Source: Hormiphora californensis (Eukaryota > Animalia > Ctenophora). Taken from it: DNA of 64,000 bases. How positions within the stretch are numbered: the stretch's first letter is position 1; every line of letters starts with the position of its first letter. The stretch is taken from assembly GCA_020137815.1 (NCBI GenBank), contig CM035355.1, positions 3,472,001 to 3,536,000 of the forward strand, read 5' to 3'. Made by a program: the position numbers and the translations under genes. Positions 20,826 to 62,423 of the stretch are shown piece by piece. A model generated the notes under the pieces. That model was not told where the DNA came from and searched no databases. It saw only the letters and a program-made list of their open reading frames with translations.

Positions 20826-21845
20826 TCAATTCTCAGTAGTCCCTGGTGCTTCTACCACCTCCTTCCCACGAATGAAGTAGTGTTTTCCAGGAGACCTTTG
20901 AACCATTTCCTTCAGTCGATCAACAAGCTGTTTTCTCTCATTTCGTTCCTCCAAAGTCCTGTCAGGCGAAATGTAGACTTTATCGAACTTGCCGGTCCTT
21001 TTTAGTCGGGATTTTTTCGACAGGATCGACATCTGAGCGTCTCTGCTCTTCAGTACGACTTTCACTGGTCTGACAGTTAAAGACTGCCTTCCCATGCGCT
21101 CCACTGATTTCACGTTCTGAGTTTCTCCTAGCTCAACAAGAAGAGACTCAACTTGAGTTTCAAGCTCTACGCTACTATTTATTGACTCTTCCAGGCCATG
21201 GATGATGATGTTGCACCCACGGTCCTCAGAGGCTGCCACAATCGCTGATTGAATCTTCCTTGGAGCCAGAGCCGAGGCACATTCTTTCTCCAAAACGGAT
21301 GCGAAGCTCTTCAATTCTTGCTGTGCCGTTGACTGCACAGCTGTAATCTCAACCTCCCTCTTCTCAAGCAACTGCCTCTGGATATTGAGTAGTTCCTCTT
21401 GTGCTGCTACCAGGTCTCGTTGAGCTTTAATTAGCTCCTTTCCATGTTGTCTGAGCTCCTTTTCGCACTCTCTCACCATCATACTTTCAGAACCCTTGTC
21501 ACGCAACTTTTCAATTAGTGGAAATGTCTGTTCAAGAAAAATACCACACGCCCTCTTAGTAAAATCTAAAAGCTTTTTCTTCGACAGCGTATTAAGCTTG
21601 CTCGCAGACGGAACCTCTAAATCATCCCAGGTAGACCTTGGTGGAGGACCAGTTCCATATCTCACTGCCTCTGGGTTACTGTATCCAAACCCTGAACAAT
21701 CCGACAACAAGTCTTTTACCCAATATACTGTATCACTTTGGCAGTCGTTGACATTCCTCCTATCAATATCAGTAGCCGGTTTGCCAGGATGAGCTGCCAG
21801 GTAAATCCGAGGAGTTGCTTCTTCTTCATTATCAGTATTTACCAT
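20826..21845 (-). CDS. Stand-alone non-LTR retrotransposon ORF1p-like protein (coiled coil plus RRM/CTD, CR1/L2 type)
   Basis: Heptad-rich centre, then NIIIHGLEE...RMG....RPVKVVL...VYISPDRT.EER; intact 339 aa with no ORF2 downstream. Confidence 0.75.
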   Translation of the reverse strand: MVNTDNEEEATPRIYLAAHPGKPATDIDRRNVNDCQSDTVYWVKDLLSDCSGFGYSNPEAVRYGTGPPPRSTWDDLEVPSASKLNTLSKKKLLDFTKRACGIFLEQTFPLIEKLRDKGSESMMVRECEKELRQHGKELIKAQRDLVAAQEELLNIQRQLLEKREVEITAVQSTAQQELKSFASVLEKECASALAPRKIQSAIVAASEDRGCNIIIHGLEESINSSVELETQVESLLVELGETQNVKSVERMGRQSLTVRPVKVVLKSRDAQMSILSKKSRLKRTGKFDKVYISPDRTLEERNERKQLVDRLKEMVQRSPGKHYFIRGKEVVEAPGTTEN

Positions 21846-21870
21846 TTTCTTTCTGCCCCTCGTGGGCTGT

Positions 21871-22265
21871 TAAAGTCGGATTTTTTGAAGTTGTCACCCC
21901 AAAATGACCGCGCATGTGAAATTTATCAATTTTGACGCGCACACCACACGTTAACATGTGATGTGACGCACAAAAACTTTCCGCGCACGAAAAGGGGGGT
22001 GACAACTTCAAAAAATCCGACTTTACATCAGCTTTATCCTAAAGTCGGATTTTTTGAAACTGTCACCCCCCTGAAATAACAAATTTGTCATATCTCCGGT
22101 TCCTGATAAGATAGAGACTTGAAATTTGGAGGTTCGGAAGAACTTAGCAAGATCTTTATAACCTCTAAATTTCAAGTCTCTATCTCATCAGGAACCGGAC
22201 TTATGGTCATTTAAAGAAATTTGAAAACTCAGGGGGGGGTGACAGTTTCAAAAAATCCGACTTTA
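21871..22265. mobile_element. Two tandem MITE-like palindromes sharing TIRs (21871-22025, 22040-22265)
   Basis: taaagtcggattttttgaa..tgtcacccc and its reverse complement bound both units. Confidence 0.8.
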
Positions 22266-22492
22266 AAACTCAAATTAATTTGTTTAATAAAATATAAAGT
22301 AGTGTTGAAAAGTTTGAAACGCGGCGCCGCGCACACTTTATTTTCGTGCGCGCTCAAGATTTCTGCAGCGTATTCTTAATTAATTTGCGTGCTACGTGAA
22401 TCAACCATAAACACAGCAAAAATGCAAAAAAGACACCTGAATTTGTTAACATAAATTAGTTATCACGTATTTACACACTGTGTACACTATAC

Positions 22493-24864
22493 AAGGTGGG
22501 CCACGGATTGTTGGTCATGGTTAGCGAGGTGGTGCGTCAAAACGGTGATAGTTGTGAGAATAAAAATTATGGGAGCACTCTGGATCAATTCCTTGGTAAC
22601 TTTTTCCATAATTTTTTGTCAAAAATTCGAAAATTCATTTTTCATTCCTTCATTCATTTCTCGTTCATTCATGATGTGAGCATCCTAATTTTCCATCATT
22701 ATGCTATTTTTCTTTGGCTTGAATTTATCTTTCCAATGAGCACCATGAAAATGAAATTGAAGCACCAGGTCACTCAGCAGTTGAGAAAATGTTCATGCAT
22801 GATTTTGGCTCTGTTTGCGACTTTCAAACTGATGTATCACGGCTACCTTTCGTTCAATCTTATTAAAACTTTGGGAAAACATTGGATAAGCAAAGATCTT
22901 TGCTCACAAGAAAAATCAATGCCAAAGATCAAAGTTCATTTTTCATTTTTGTTAGTTCATTCCGTTCATTCAGGAACCAACATCCCTAAAGTGATGAAAA
23001 GGTTTGGGTTTTGTTTGGCCCATGTCCTGCAATGACAGAGAAGTGTAATAGCGTGTTTCCGGGCTAGTTTGTGGGTGTGTGTGTGATCATGATGATATCT
23101 GACACCTTTTCTGAGCCATGATTAAGGGATTTTCTCAAATTCAAGCATGTAACTTGGTTTTTCTGCGATTAGTACCGTGCAGCAATGTTATGAGATCTCA
23201 TAACACCTCAAAAATGATGATTAGCTCAATGAAATGAGTTGATTTATGATGTAATTGTTCGTTTCGTTCAATTTGACATCGGTTTTAATCTTTTCAATCA
23301 TAAATCAACTCATTTCATTGAGCAAATCATCATGTTTGAGGTGTTATGAGATCTTATAACATTGCTGCACGGTACTAATCGCAGAAAAACCAAGTTAATT
23401 AATATGTCGTGATTACTGTTTTACACGGCGTCATACACATTTCTATTTGGAATTTCTATCTGGAGTTTCTGTTTGGAATTTCTATCTGGAAGAACCGCAC
23501 GTGCAGATGCGCCGCGCCGCGGCTCAAATTCACGTGCGAGATTAAAGAGAGAGACACACATTAACGTTATACCATTGTCTCTCACTCTCTCTGGAAAAAC
23601 CGCACGTGCAGATGCGCCGCGCCGCGGCTCAAATTCACGTGCGTGTTATACAGATTCTGACAGAGAATGCGAGCAAGAAATTCTAGGTGGAAATGTATAT
23701 GACGAACTGTAATAGCCCAACTGGTCATTCCGAAAAATCAGATACAAACACATTAATGTGCTGCACTGTATATGAGTTACTCCAACCCTCCAGTTTCAAT
23801 GCTTGTTTAACGAAGGAAGTAACCAAGCGATCCACTGGATTCGATATATCTAGGCGCATATCATATTGCCACAGTACTGATGTATTAGCACTATCTTTAT
23901 ATCGGATATCTCGAACAGCAACAATCCTTGTATTTAAACAGGGTTCTTGCTTTCTAACCAGTTAGGCGTATTAAAGTTGGGCTATTAAACAGTAATCACG
24001 ACATATTAATTGAATTCGTGATCCTCGGATCAACTGCACGAATCAAGTGATGGCACCTCGTACCGTTGAACGGTCGATTGATTCAATAACCTGTTGTTCA
24101 GGCTTGATCAATATCATGTGTGTGGGTGATGTGTGTGTGTGATGTCCCTGCAGCATAGTGCATAATACTACGGCTAATGTAGTTCATTATCATGAAAAAC
24201 CAAGTTACATGCTTGAATTTGAGGAAATCCCTTAATTATGGCTCAGAAAAGGTGTCAGATATCATCATGATCACATGGACACCCACAAACTAGCCCGGAA
24301 ACACGCTATTACACCTCTCTGTCATTGCAGGACATGGGCCAAACAAAACCCAAACCTTTTCATCACTTTAGGGATGTTGGTTCCTGAATGAACGGAATGA
24401 ACTAACAAAAATGAAAAATGAACTTTGATCTTTGGCATTGATTTTTCTTGTGAGCAAAGATCTTTGCTTATCCAATGTTTTCCCAAAGTTTTAATAAGAT
24501 TGAACGAAAGGTAGCCGTGATACATCAGTTTGAAAGTCGCAAACAGAGCCAAAATCATGCATGAACATTTTCTCAACTGCTGAGTGACCTGGTGCTTCAA
24601 TTTCATTTTCATGGTGCTCATTGTAAAGATAAATTCAAGCCAAAGAAAAATAGCATAATGATGGAAAATTAGGATGCTCACATCATGAATGAACGAGAAA
24701 TGAATGAAGGAATGAAAAATGAATTTTCGAATTTTTGACAAAAAATTATGGAAAAAGTTACCAAGGAATTGATCCAGAGTGCTCCCATAATTTTTATTCT
24801 CACAACTATCACCGTTTTGACGCACCACCTCGCTAACCATGACCAACAATCCGTGGCCCACCTT
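22493..24864. mobile_element. Foldback-type non-autonomous transposon with 671-bp TIRs and nested palindromes
   Basis: Arms 22493-23163 and 24194-24864 are near-identical; TSD tac; inner palindrome 23151-23396; inner 25-bp-TIR unit 23397-24011. Confidence 0.9.
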
Positions 24865-24993
24865 TACATCTTACAATACAGTACAATTCTCACAATAACG
24901 ATTCGCTGTACCGGACAGCCAAACCCTCAACTCCGACTGAACAGATTGAGACAATGTCCAATGTAATCCTTCCCCTTGTTCAAATCTGATTTC

Positions 24994-53155
<28,162 letters not shown>

Positions 53156-53681
53156 ACGCTATAATAAATCATGGAGAGAGGTTTTAGGTATCTAGGTGAA
53201 AGTTATTTGTATTTTCCTGTGAGTACAATTCATTGTGTTCGGGGATGTTAGTACCACAAAACCTCGCCAGATGTACGTGACTATAAACACATGCAGCCTG
53301 CCGTAAACATATATAATAACAGCCGCATCAAATATATTTTATCAGTGAAAACTGACACCCCCCCCCCCTCGTTGCTGGAGTCGAACCATTGTGTGAGAGG
53401 TGGTTTTGTTTGACGATGTCTTATCCTTACCCTCTATATTGTGGGAAAATTAGTTTATTTCAGATCACTTCGATTTCTCTTGTTACAGAAATCGATAATT
53501 TTCGAATTACCTATTGTGGAAGGAGAGAGGCGGTTTTATTTGACGATTTTTATCCTTAGTCTCTTTTCACTTTTGTGTAAACTATATGAAATCGATTAGC
53601 AAACTATTGCTGGTATTCTCCCATCTGTGATCTGTTCAATAAAAGCTATAAAAAACAAACCATTTTCCAATTCATAGAAAT
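53156..53681. promoter_or_regulatory. Likely divergent promoter region between IFT140 and GGH
   Basis: Head-to-head start codons ~526 bp apart; duplicated motif gagaggYggtttt.tttgacgat..ttatcctta at ~53395 and ~53525. Confidence 0.45.
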
Positions 53682-55205
53682 ATGTTGCTGTTGGTGTTTC
53701 TAGTTGCTGTTGTGTCTGCCATCTCGGCGGCCCCAACGAGAGTGGAAAGGTCACCCCTACCCGACAAGGTCCTTGGAAAAGTTGTGGGGATCCTGACACA
53801 GAAGACAAACGGAGGAATGACCAAATATGGGCATTCGTACATTGCAGCGTCATACGTAAAATACCTTGAAGCAGCAGGTAAGGTGGTGAACGAAGGATTT
53901 TGTGTGTAACGCACGTCAATATATGCTGTTGCATGCTTGATGCAATCATCGTGCATGTAACAAATCACTGACTCTTAAACAAATCTCTACATTATAATAG
54001 GGGATGTCATCACCAACTCTAATTACTGAACTAAGCTCGTTTTTCTGATAATAATAACTCTGATAATAAATAACTCTACATCCAAATATTTACAGGTGCT
54101 CAGGTTATCCCCGTATTTGATTCTTCTGACGCTTCTGAACTGAACCAGACCCTTCACAACCTTAACGGAGTTCTTATTACCATGGAGGTGCACAGGTAAG
54201 AGATTATAAAGACCATTAACGATACTCTATTTTTCTGTTTTGATTAACACAACTTTTAACAATGACGAGAGCATTTCCTTCTTATCTAGATTTTCCCGAA
54301 CTCACAATTCTACAAAGCTTCCAAATTCATCTACGACTGGGCCAAGGACCAGAATGGAAAAGGAATGTACTTTCCTGTGTGGGGAACGTGTCTAGGTATA
54401 TCTTGATATCAGAAAGCTTATCTCCTGAGATCGCTTTTTCTAATAATCTAGAAAGAAGAGGGTCCCAACTCCCAGATAAAACCTAGTTTTCATTTTTTCA
54501 GGATTTGAGGCGATTCTTTATGCGGAGGCCAACCAAACAGAAAGTCGTTTCAACTGTTCAGCTCACATGGCAAACAACATAACACTCTCCGATGTAAGTT
54601 ATAATCAAAGCTGAACGCCTGTTCTCGAGTGTTTCTTTAGAACTGTGGTACTTTTTTTTCGTCGCACTAAACTACAAATCTTCCAACAGGGTGCCTCAGA
54701 TTCTCGAATGCTCAAGGATATGGACAGCCTCCTTTACCAGAAGATACAGACTGAAAACGTGGTCGCAAATTCGCATGGATTTTGCTTTAATCCTAATCTG
54801 ATCACCGACGAAAAGGGACCTCTGACCAAGTCGTTTAATCTCCTTGCAACCAACTGGGACGCCCATGGAAAAGAATACATAGCACTTGTGGAACACAAAA
54901 CCTTGCCGATCTACGCATCGCAGTTCCACCCCGAGAAAAGTGCCTTTGAATGGTCTCCCTATGTTGCCATTCCTCACTCAAAAAATGCAATCTCCTTCAT
55001 GCAGTACTTGGCCAACTTTTTCCTGGATGAGGTGAACAAGAATAAGAACAAGTTCGGTGATGCAAATGAGTTTTATATTCGGAACATTAACAACTATCAG
55101 CCGGTTTACACTTTACTCAAGATGAATTCATCCTTGGAAAGTTGTTATTTCTTTCACGATAAGAGAGCCGATTGGGGAGTGAATACAGCCGATTTCTTGT
55201 TTTAA
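53682..55205 (+). CDS. GGH: Gamma-glutamyl hydrolase (exons 53682-53877, 54096-54195, 54290-54395, 54502-54593, 54690-55205); frameshift in exon 2 as assembled
   Basis: Signal peptide; [16 protein letters not shown]; [11 protein letters not shown] (catalytic Cys); QFHPEK (catalytic His). Confidence 0.93.
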
Positions 55206-55605
55206 GTAATTTGTTGTTGTAAATGAGTTGCTTTTCCTCGTGAGTAAGCTCTGCGTTTTACTTTGAAAACCATTGTTTTGAATCGAATCAAAATGTTCCA
55301 GTGGTATTCCAAAAATTTGGGATTGAATGAGGCTCTGGTTCTTTTTGATCTTCCTTGAAATTTACCCACACTCAAATTGTCAATAAATTTCTCCGAACCC
55401 AGGTGCTGACAGTCACCTAACATTTGAAATTTGAAATACTCCCATCAACACGCATGTCCCTGACCCCTTTGCAGTATGCGTCCAGGGCCAGCAGCCTCGA
55501 TCAGTGGGACGGCGGGGTTGTAGGCGCAGAGCCCACGGCCAAGAGTAGGGCCCAGGGGATACAAGGCACAAGCCTCGGTAGAGGGCGATAATTTGGCATA
55601 CGTTG

Positions 55606-56024
55606 CAGGCCCCTTATAAAGGTCCTCCCAAACTATTATGTCCCTTGCTGCGCGCGACCGGATTTTAGACAGCCATAGCTCCACCCCCTGATGAGATAGA
55701 GACTTGAAATTTGTTTTGTGAGGAGATCATGTGGAGTTCTTCCTACAAAACAAATTTCAAGTCTTTATCTCATCAGGGGGTGGAGCTATGACCGTGGGAA
55801 ATTTCACAAAACCCGAGTGAGGGACATAGTAGTTTGGGGAGTACTTTAATATAATATAAGGGGCCTGGAGGGAATACCGCGCTGGGGGGGAATACATAAT
55901 CAATCATATCTCCGGTTCCAGATAAGGTACAGAAATCGTTTTGGTAGCGTTGGAAAGAGGAAGATAAGAGCTTTTAAATGCAACCGGTTTCAGGTCTCTA
56001 TCTTATCAGGAACAGGAGATATGA
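55606..56024. mobile_element. MITE-like palindromes (55606-55867, 55904-56024)
   Basis: Core cctgatRagatagagacttgaaattt and its reverse complement, shared with 22095-22200. Confidence 0.7.
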
Positions 56025-57016
56025 ACCAAACTCCGCAAAATCGAGTGCGGTAAAATAGAAATTTGAATGAAATTTTAAAAAAGGTGTCCCTGCAGGAATC
56101 TGTGACGTCACTTTTTGAAAACAACCCATCTTTCAACGGCTATTGCTCAGCCTCCTTAAGTCCAATTAACTTCTCTCAAAAACAGCAAGGTAGATAATCG
56201 TCAGATCTAACAACTGGTGAAAGAATCAAGTCAAACGGACTACAGGAGCCAAAGTTATAAGCACCGCCGTTTTTTCGACCGCAAAGTTATCTTCGACCCA
56301 GCCGGGCTCAGGCCAAACGCGCGCGCGGCATTCCCTTCAGTCCCCTCGTTGCGGGGGTGCGCGCATGAGGGGGCTGCAGCGCATTCCAAGGCGATAATTT
56401 GAAAAACTAAAAAACCTTTGGTCCACTTTTAAAATTTGAGAGACACAAGTTTTTATTATTTGCTTTGCTCTGATGCGCGTTGCATAGCTGTACTGCGGCG
56501 CGCATGTTAATATTGAAAATATTCGCGCCGCGACCCCATCTGACTGGCGCTAAGACAGATTGTCCCCAAGCTGAAGCAGCCTGCATAATTGTCATTAAAC
56601 AGGGGACAGTAATTGTGAATGTAAGAAAACAAAATTGTTTAGTTATTGTTAATAATAATAACGATGAAACTAGTCTTTAAGTTTAAATTACAAATCTGCA
56701 GCTGCAACTTCAAAAATTAAAAAAATTAAAATAATAACTCCAGCTTCAGAATTAGAATTCAACCATATCTTAGTTCGTTATCCCATAGTCCTAATCACAG
56801 CACATACATTATTGAATTCCTTTGCTCCTCCCCCACTCATTCACTCAACAAGAATTGGGGCCCCAAGAATTACCCTGGTAGTGGTACTTGGTCCTTGGAT
56901 AACTGGAACTGCTTGTTGAGTGTTACTCAACAAAGAACTGCCGGGATGTTGATGATCGTTCGAAAACACATCTGAAACAGAATGGTGGTATTGGTAAGCG
57001 GTGTATGATCACTACC

Positions 57017-57255
57017 AAACTGCACAACACCAAGAAACCCTGTCAGTGCGATGCCTGACCTCGCCGCGCTTCAATCTTTGAGAGAAGCGTGCGAGATCTT
57101 GACATGTTCCTTGCCTGTCAGCTCTCACACCGGGCCGAAGGCCCGGTGTGAGCTTACGCGAGCTGTCCGAGGCGCTAATAAACTGCACAACACCAAGAAA
57201 CCCTGTCAGTACGATGACTGACCGCGCTTCAATCTTTGAGAGAAGCGTGCGAGAT
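57017..57255. repeat. Direct ~80-bp duplication flanking a GC-rich hairpin
   Basis: aaactgcacaacaccaag...gcgagatc at 57017 and 57180; ctcacaccgggccgaaggcccggtgtgag lies between them. Confidence 0.8.
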
Positions 57256-57452
57256 CAGATCAGATCAGATATGGTGGGTGGTTTTAATGCACAGTCACTC
57301 ACAGTCACAAATTAATAATCTTTTACTTTTACTAGTGGGGAATTTCAGGCCCCTATAATATTGAATATTGATTATCCGAAAATTTATTCCAGTACTACTA
57401 ATGGTACCGAATTTGTACTAAAAATATAGCACCCATTCTCAGAGCTGAGTGG

Positions 57453-57576
<124 letters not shown>

Positions 57577-58253
57577 AACATTCAAAGAGGGAAGTTGGAG
57601 CTAAAAGAAGTGGCCAATGTAATTGATTAGCAGGTATGTATACGAGGCTGTCTATTTTTAGAAATTCTGTTGAGTTCCCTTTTGCTATAAAAACAGTGTG
57701 TTTGTGAAAACAACTGTGTTTTTATTCGACCAATTTGTTTCCTAAAAAGGACGGTAATTTTGGGAAGCAACGGCCAAAGGACCCATTGATCTAGCCGGGA
57801 ATATACACAAGGTAAGCCCACATCCAACACTCGACAAATTGGTACCAATTTGTTCCATTCCCCAAAAAATTGTATCACTTTTGTAGTGCAGCAGAATTAT
57901 AAAATGGATTAAACCACAGATGTCTCATTGATAACGTAAATTATGTATTTTAATTATGAATTCTAACTGACTTGCATGTAATTGTATATTCCTGTAGGGA
58001 CATTCGTCATTCGTTCTTGTCTTAAGACAATGGAGTAGTACTCTCTGTCTCTTCCTCTACAGATCTGTCTCTTCCTCTACATCTGTCGTTGTATCGACTG
58101 TCTCTCTTGATCTCTCTTTCTCTCCCTCGCTCGAGTCAATTTCATACACCCTGATTCCTGAGTCAACATAATTATGAGTTGGTTATATAATATCTGCAAG
58201 AGCGAATTACAGTCTAGCCAACTCTCACTGACACATATTCTCTGCTGTTTATA

Positions 58254-58560
<307 letters not shown>

Positions 58561-58899
58561 TTACAAGAGTCCCAGAGCTATTTTAGGCAGTTTCTTACTT
58601 CCTGCTAGATGGTTCTCTACTATAACTACTGCCGTAACAGAGACTGATCTCTGTTCACTTTTGAGTTTCAGTTATAACACACACAAACAAAGCATGTACC
58701 AGATTCAGTCGGTGCCCACTGCCGGGTATCAGTATTTACTATTTGTCTATCTTATGCCTATCTTAGGAGGTAAGATAACGCTCCAGTTTTGCTGGACGCT
58801 CCAGTTTCTCTGGACAGCGACATTTTCGATCACGTGACGATGTGAATTGCATTGAAAGTAGCCCTCCAAAGAGAAACTGACACCAGTTTTCACTAAAAA

Positions 58900-58965
58900 C
58901 TGACACCAGGTTTCAATTTTGTAACTGGTTCTAGGGACCAGTTACAAAATTGAACCTGGTGTCAG
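58900..58965. repeat. 66-bp hairpin
   Basis: ctgacaccaggtttcaattttgtaactggt pairs with accagttacaaaattgaacctggtgtcag. Confidence 0.85.
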
Positions 58966-59509
58966 GGGCTGACACTAAATCCAGATCAGATTATTGGCAG
59001 CAGCATCTCTGTATACTGTTGTTTGTGTGCTATAATTGTACACACTCTGCCAGTAGAGACGGTACAACCCAAACTATACCAGCTACAAATCAGTCGCTCG
59101 TTTAAAGATTTCTTCGTTAACCTCTTCTTCTTGTCGTTACACACAAACTAAAGGATATATCTGGCGACATCGAAGAGTCATTATAAGTCGTTAACTAAAA
59201 CTAAACGCGTGGAGATATGTTTGGTATAACGTTATAAAAGCTTCTTCTCTTCTCTATCTATACAGTAATCTGTGTGCCGTCCAGTTAAATGTTTCCTACT
59301 TTTTTTTACCCATAGTTAAGTTTTCAGACTAATTCGCCATTTTCGTGTACATTTCGTAAACCACACAAAATATATATTACTCTGTGTGTGTCTAATACTG
59401 CGTGCACTGTGTGTTTAGGTCAAGTATAATTCAGGTGAGTGTATAATGGCGTAAATCAGTGTACGTTGTTGTTGGCTGTTGCACAGCTTCTGAGTGAGCG
59501 AGTGAGTGA

Positions 59510-60302
59510 TAGTAGAGTCGATAACTACATCGACCTCTCCCAATTGTTCCAGTTTTTGTCACATCAGTTTGGAGCCTCGACACGACCTCTAAACAGGTGT
59601 TACTTTTTCACAAACTGTTTTCATCTTGGTGTAATCAGCAGTTGAAATGTTGTTGATCATAACAAAAACCTGACTAAATTTTTTCAACTTGGGGTAAAAC
59701 CATGGGTGTCAAAAGTTAGCTCTAGGTCCCCTGAGTAACCATCCGGAGACTCCAAGAGATATTTCAAGCCGTTCTCCTGTAATCATTAATCCCGGTAGAG
59801 CACATATTTGAGTATGGACGTACGTGCAATTGCCTACAACCTCAACTTTAATGTATAACGTTAATGTGCGTCTCTCTCTTTTCTCCCCCTTCAGAAAGAG
59901 TTATCTCGCGCGGCGCAACCGCACGTGCGGTTTTTACAGAGAGAGTGAGAGACATACAATAACATGTAAACAGCCTGCCAGCGCTCACGTACGTCCGCAT
60001 TGTATTTTTTTCTCTACCGGGATTAATGATTACGGGAGAACGGCTTGAAATATCTCTTAGAGTCTCCGGATGGTTACTCAGGGGACCTAGAGCTAACTTT
60101 TGACACCCATGGTTTTACCCCAAGTTGAAAAAATTTAGTCAGGTTTTTGTTATGATCAGCAACATTTCAACTGCTGATTACACCAAGATGAAAACAGTTT
60201 GTGAAAAAGTAACACCTGTTTAGAGGTCGTGTCGAGGCTCCAAACAGATGTGACAAAAACTGGAACAATTGGGAGAGGTCGATGTAGTTATCGACTCTAC
60301 TA
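59510..60302. mobile_element. Academ-like palindromic non-autonomous transposon
   Basis: ~285-bp near-perfect TIRs starting tagtagag; 3-bp TSD tga on both sides. Confidence 0.88.
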
Positions 60303-60312
60303 TGAGGGAAAA

Positions 60313-60349
60313 AGAGAGTGAGAGAGAGAGAGAGTGAGAGAGAGAGAGA

Positions 60350-60403
<54 letters not shown>
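60313..60403. repeat. (GA)n microsatellite
   Basis: Seen directly. Confidence 0.95.
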
Positions 60404-60407
<4 letters not shown>

Positions 60408-61318
60408 ATCGGCCAGTATATTTTCGTATTCCTATATTTATAGCAACTCCCTTGCTCAAAGTCACTCTTTCTTCTTGCGTTGTTATATTGTACACAGAAT
60501 TTATATCTGATCTTTTTTTGTTTTTACTACAACTCAACACATCTGAATTATAGTTCGAAGATTCAGAAATAATTTGGCTTCCTCTACCAGTATACAGCAG
60601 ATACATTTCTGTGTTGAGAAATGTCCTTCACCGCTCCAAGCAGATAGTAAGTAAGAGCTGCTGAGCCTGCGCTGACATTCCTGAATTTATTTATGAAGTT
60701 CTGAGTTAGTTCACTAGGTGTTTGGGATCTAGCTCTCTCTCTCATTTTTTGCTGGGCTTGCTAGAAGACAGGTTAGCAACAAGGGAGAGAATTAGGGGAG
60801 CATAAGAGGGCACATGGTGTATAAAGATGATAAAGAGAGCAGTTGTGCATACAAGCACGTGTAGAGATCTAGATGTGTCTCTCCCCTAACCCCTTGCTGT
60901 CTGTCACAGCTTCGTATAATACCACACTACATACTAGAAGTGAGCATCTAAAGTTATCTCCCTTTTGAATTGTGTATATATACTGAGTGCTACTCATGTG
61001 TTTTGTGTGAGTGTAGATCGTCTTTGTTCGAGTTGCATGTGTGCATTGAAGCGTTTCATTAGAACTATGCAGCTTCACACAGTATAGGTACAGCTAGACA
61101 GTGTATAACCCCTGTATAGTATAACCTGCTAAACCTAGGTCATTTGTAATGGCATGACCTGAATGTATTGTGTATGTGGAGCTAGCTTTACTTCTGATAG
61201 AGAAGGCTCCTAGGTAGACAAAAGAAGGACGAGAGAAACTTTGAGAGAAGGTTATACTGTCACATAATGCTTCATTATTCCTCCAAAGGACTGTACTAAA
61301 GCAGTAGCAGCTGGTCAA

Positions 61319-61430
<112 letters not shown>

Positions 61431-61864
61431 CCATTCTAGAGAACATTCATTCGGTTTAGCAACTAGTACTATGCAGCATATCCAGCATATATACATACAT
61501 ATATACTCTGCTTCACCGTTCCATCTCAGCTTCTTTTAAGTTCTGTTTATCTTCAAAGGTGTCCTATAGCATTACATTCTAATTTAATTTGTGGCATCCC
61601 TTGTGTGTGATATATGAGCATAAAAGTAAAACATTCTTTGTGTGATTCGAGTCTCGTGGAGAAGTTTCCTGTTGTAATGTAGATAGCAATTCTTCATAGA
61701 GAAATGGTGTTGAAGAAGTGTCACCAGTGAGTTTTACTTCTATTAGTAACCTGTCTGCACTCTATACTACTACAGCAGTCTAATGCATGTTTGTTGCATG
61801 CTATAATAATTGCCATGAAATATGTGTTGACAATGTTTGTACATGCACAGCGGACTAACACGGG

Positions 61865-62095
61865 GGATTACGGGGGCTCGAATAGATCGCCCGTATAGAT
61901 CGCCCGTACCAGTCCCCCGTACATTTGCTTTGCGCATTACGTTTCATCGCACTTTCACCACAACAAAACACTTGCGCGTTACGCGCATGTGTTTTTTTGT
62001 GGTGAAAGTGTGGTGAAACGTAATGCGCAAAGCAAATGTACGGGGGACTGGTACGGGCGATCTATACGGGCGTCTCATCCGGGCCCCCGTAATCC
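61865..62095. mobile_element. ~230-bp palindrome (MITE-like)
   Basis: ggattacggggg...cccccgtaatcc with pairing through to the centre gcgcgttacgcgc; no clear TSD. Confidence 0.75.
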
Positions 62096-62423
62096 GCTGC
62101 CTAATACCGGTGTGGTACAACATATTTGAGGTGTTGAACTGAGTGCCGTTATACAGTACAAGCTCACTTTTATTGTGGCGTTTAGTGCATCTGCATTTTA
62201 GTCAAGATATTGATTTGAGAGGTGTATAGAGCGGCCAAGAGTGTATGAATATTACCTACTAGGTATAACAGTACAGAAAAAGTCTGAGAGAGTATGGGAC
62301 CAGATTAGGTCTCATACTTCGAGTTCACTAGCTTGTTGACAGTACCTATCTCCACTGGTAACTTGCTGTGCAGGGAACACACATCTCTCTAACAACTTCT
62401 GTTTTCCTTGTTTCAGCCCATCA

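Noticed and set aside
22496-24861. Duplicate 179-aa ORFs on opposite strands
   Set aside because: Mirror products of the TIR arms, with a GTG start and no domain
55688-55760. Hammerhead ribozyme (CTGATGA...GAAA)
   Set aside because: Stem II is negligible and stem I cannot form; the motif is part of a MITE palindrome whose other copies read ctgataa
56841-56971. Isolated minus-strand exon-like segment (DVFSNDHQHPG...)
   Set aside because: Good acceptor and open frame, but I could not link it to other exons
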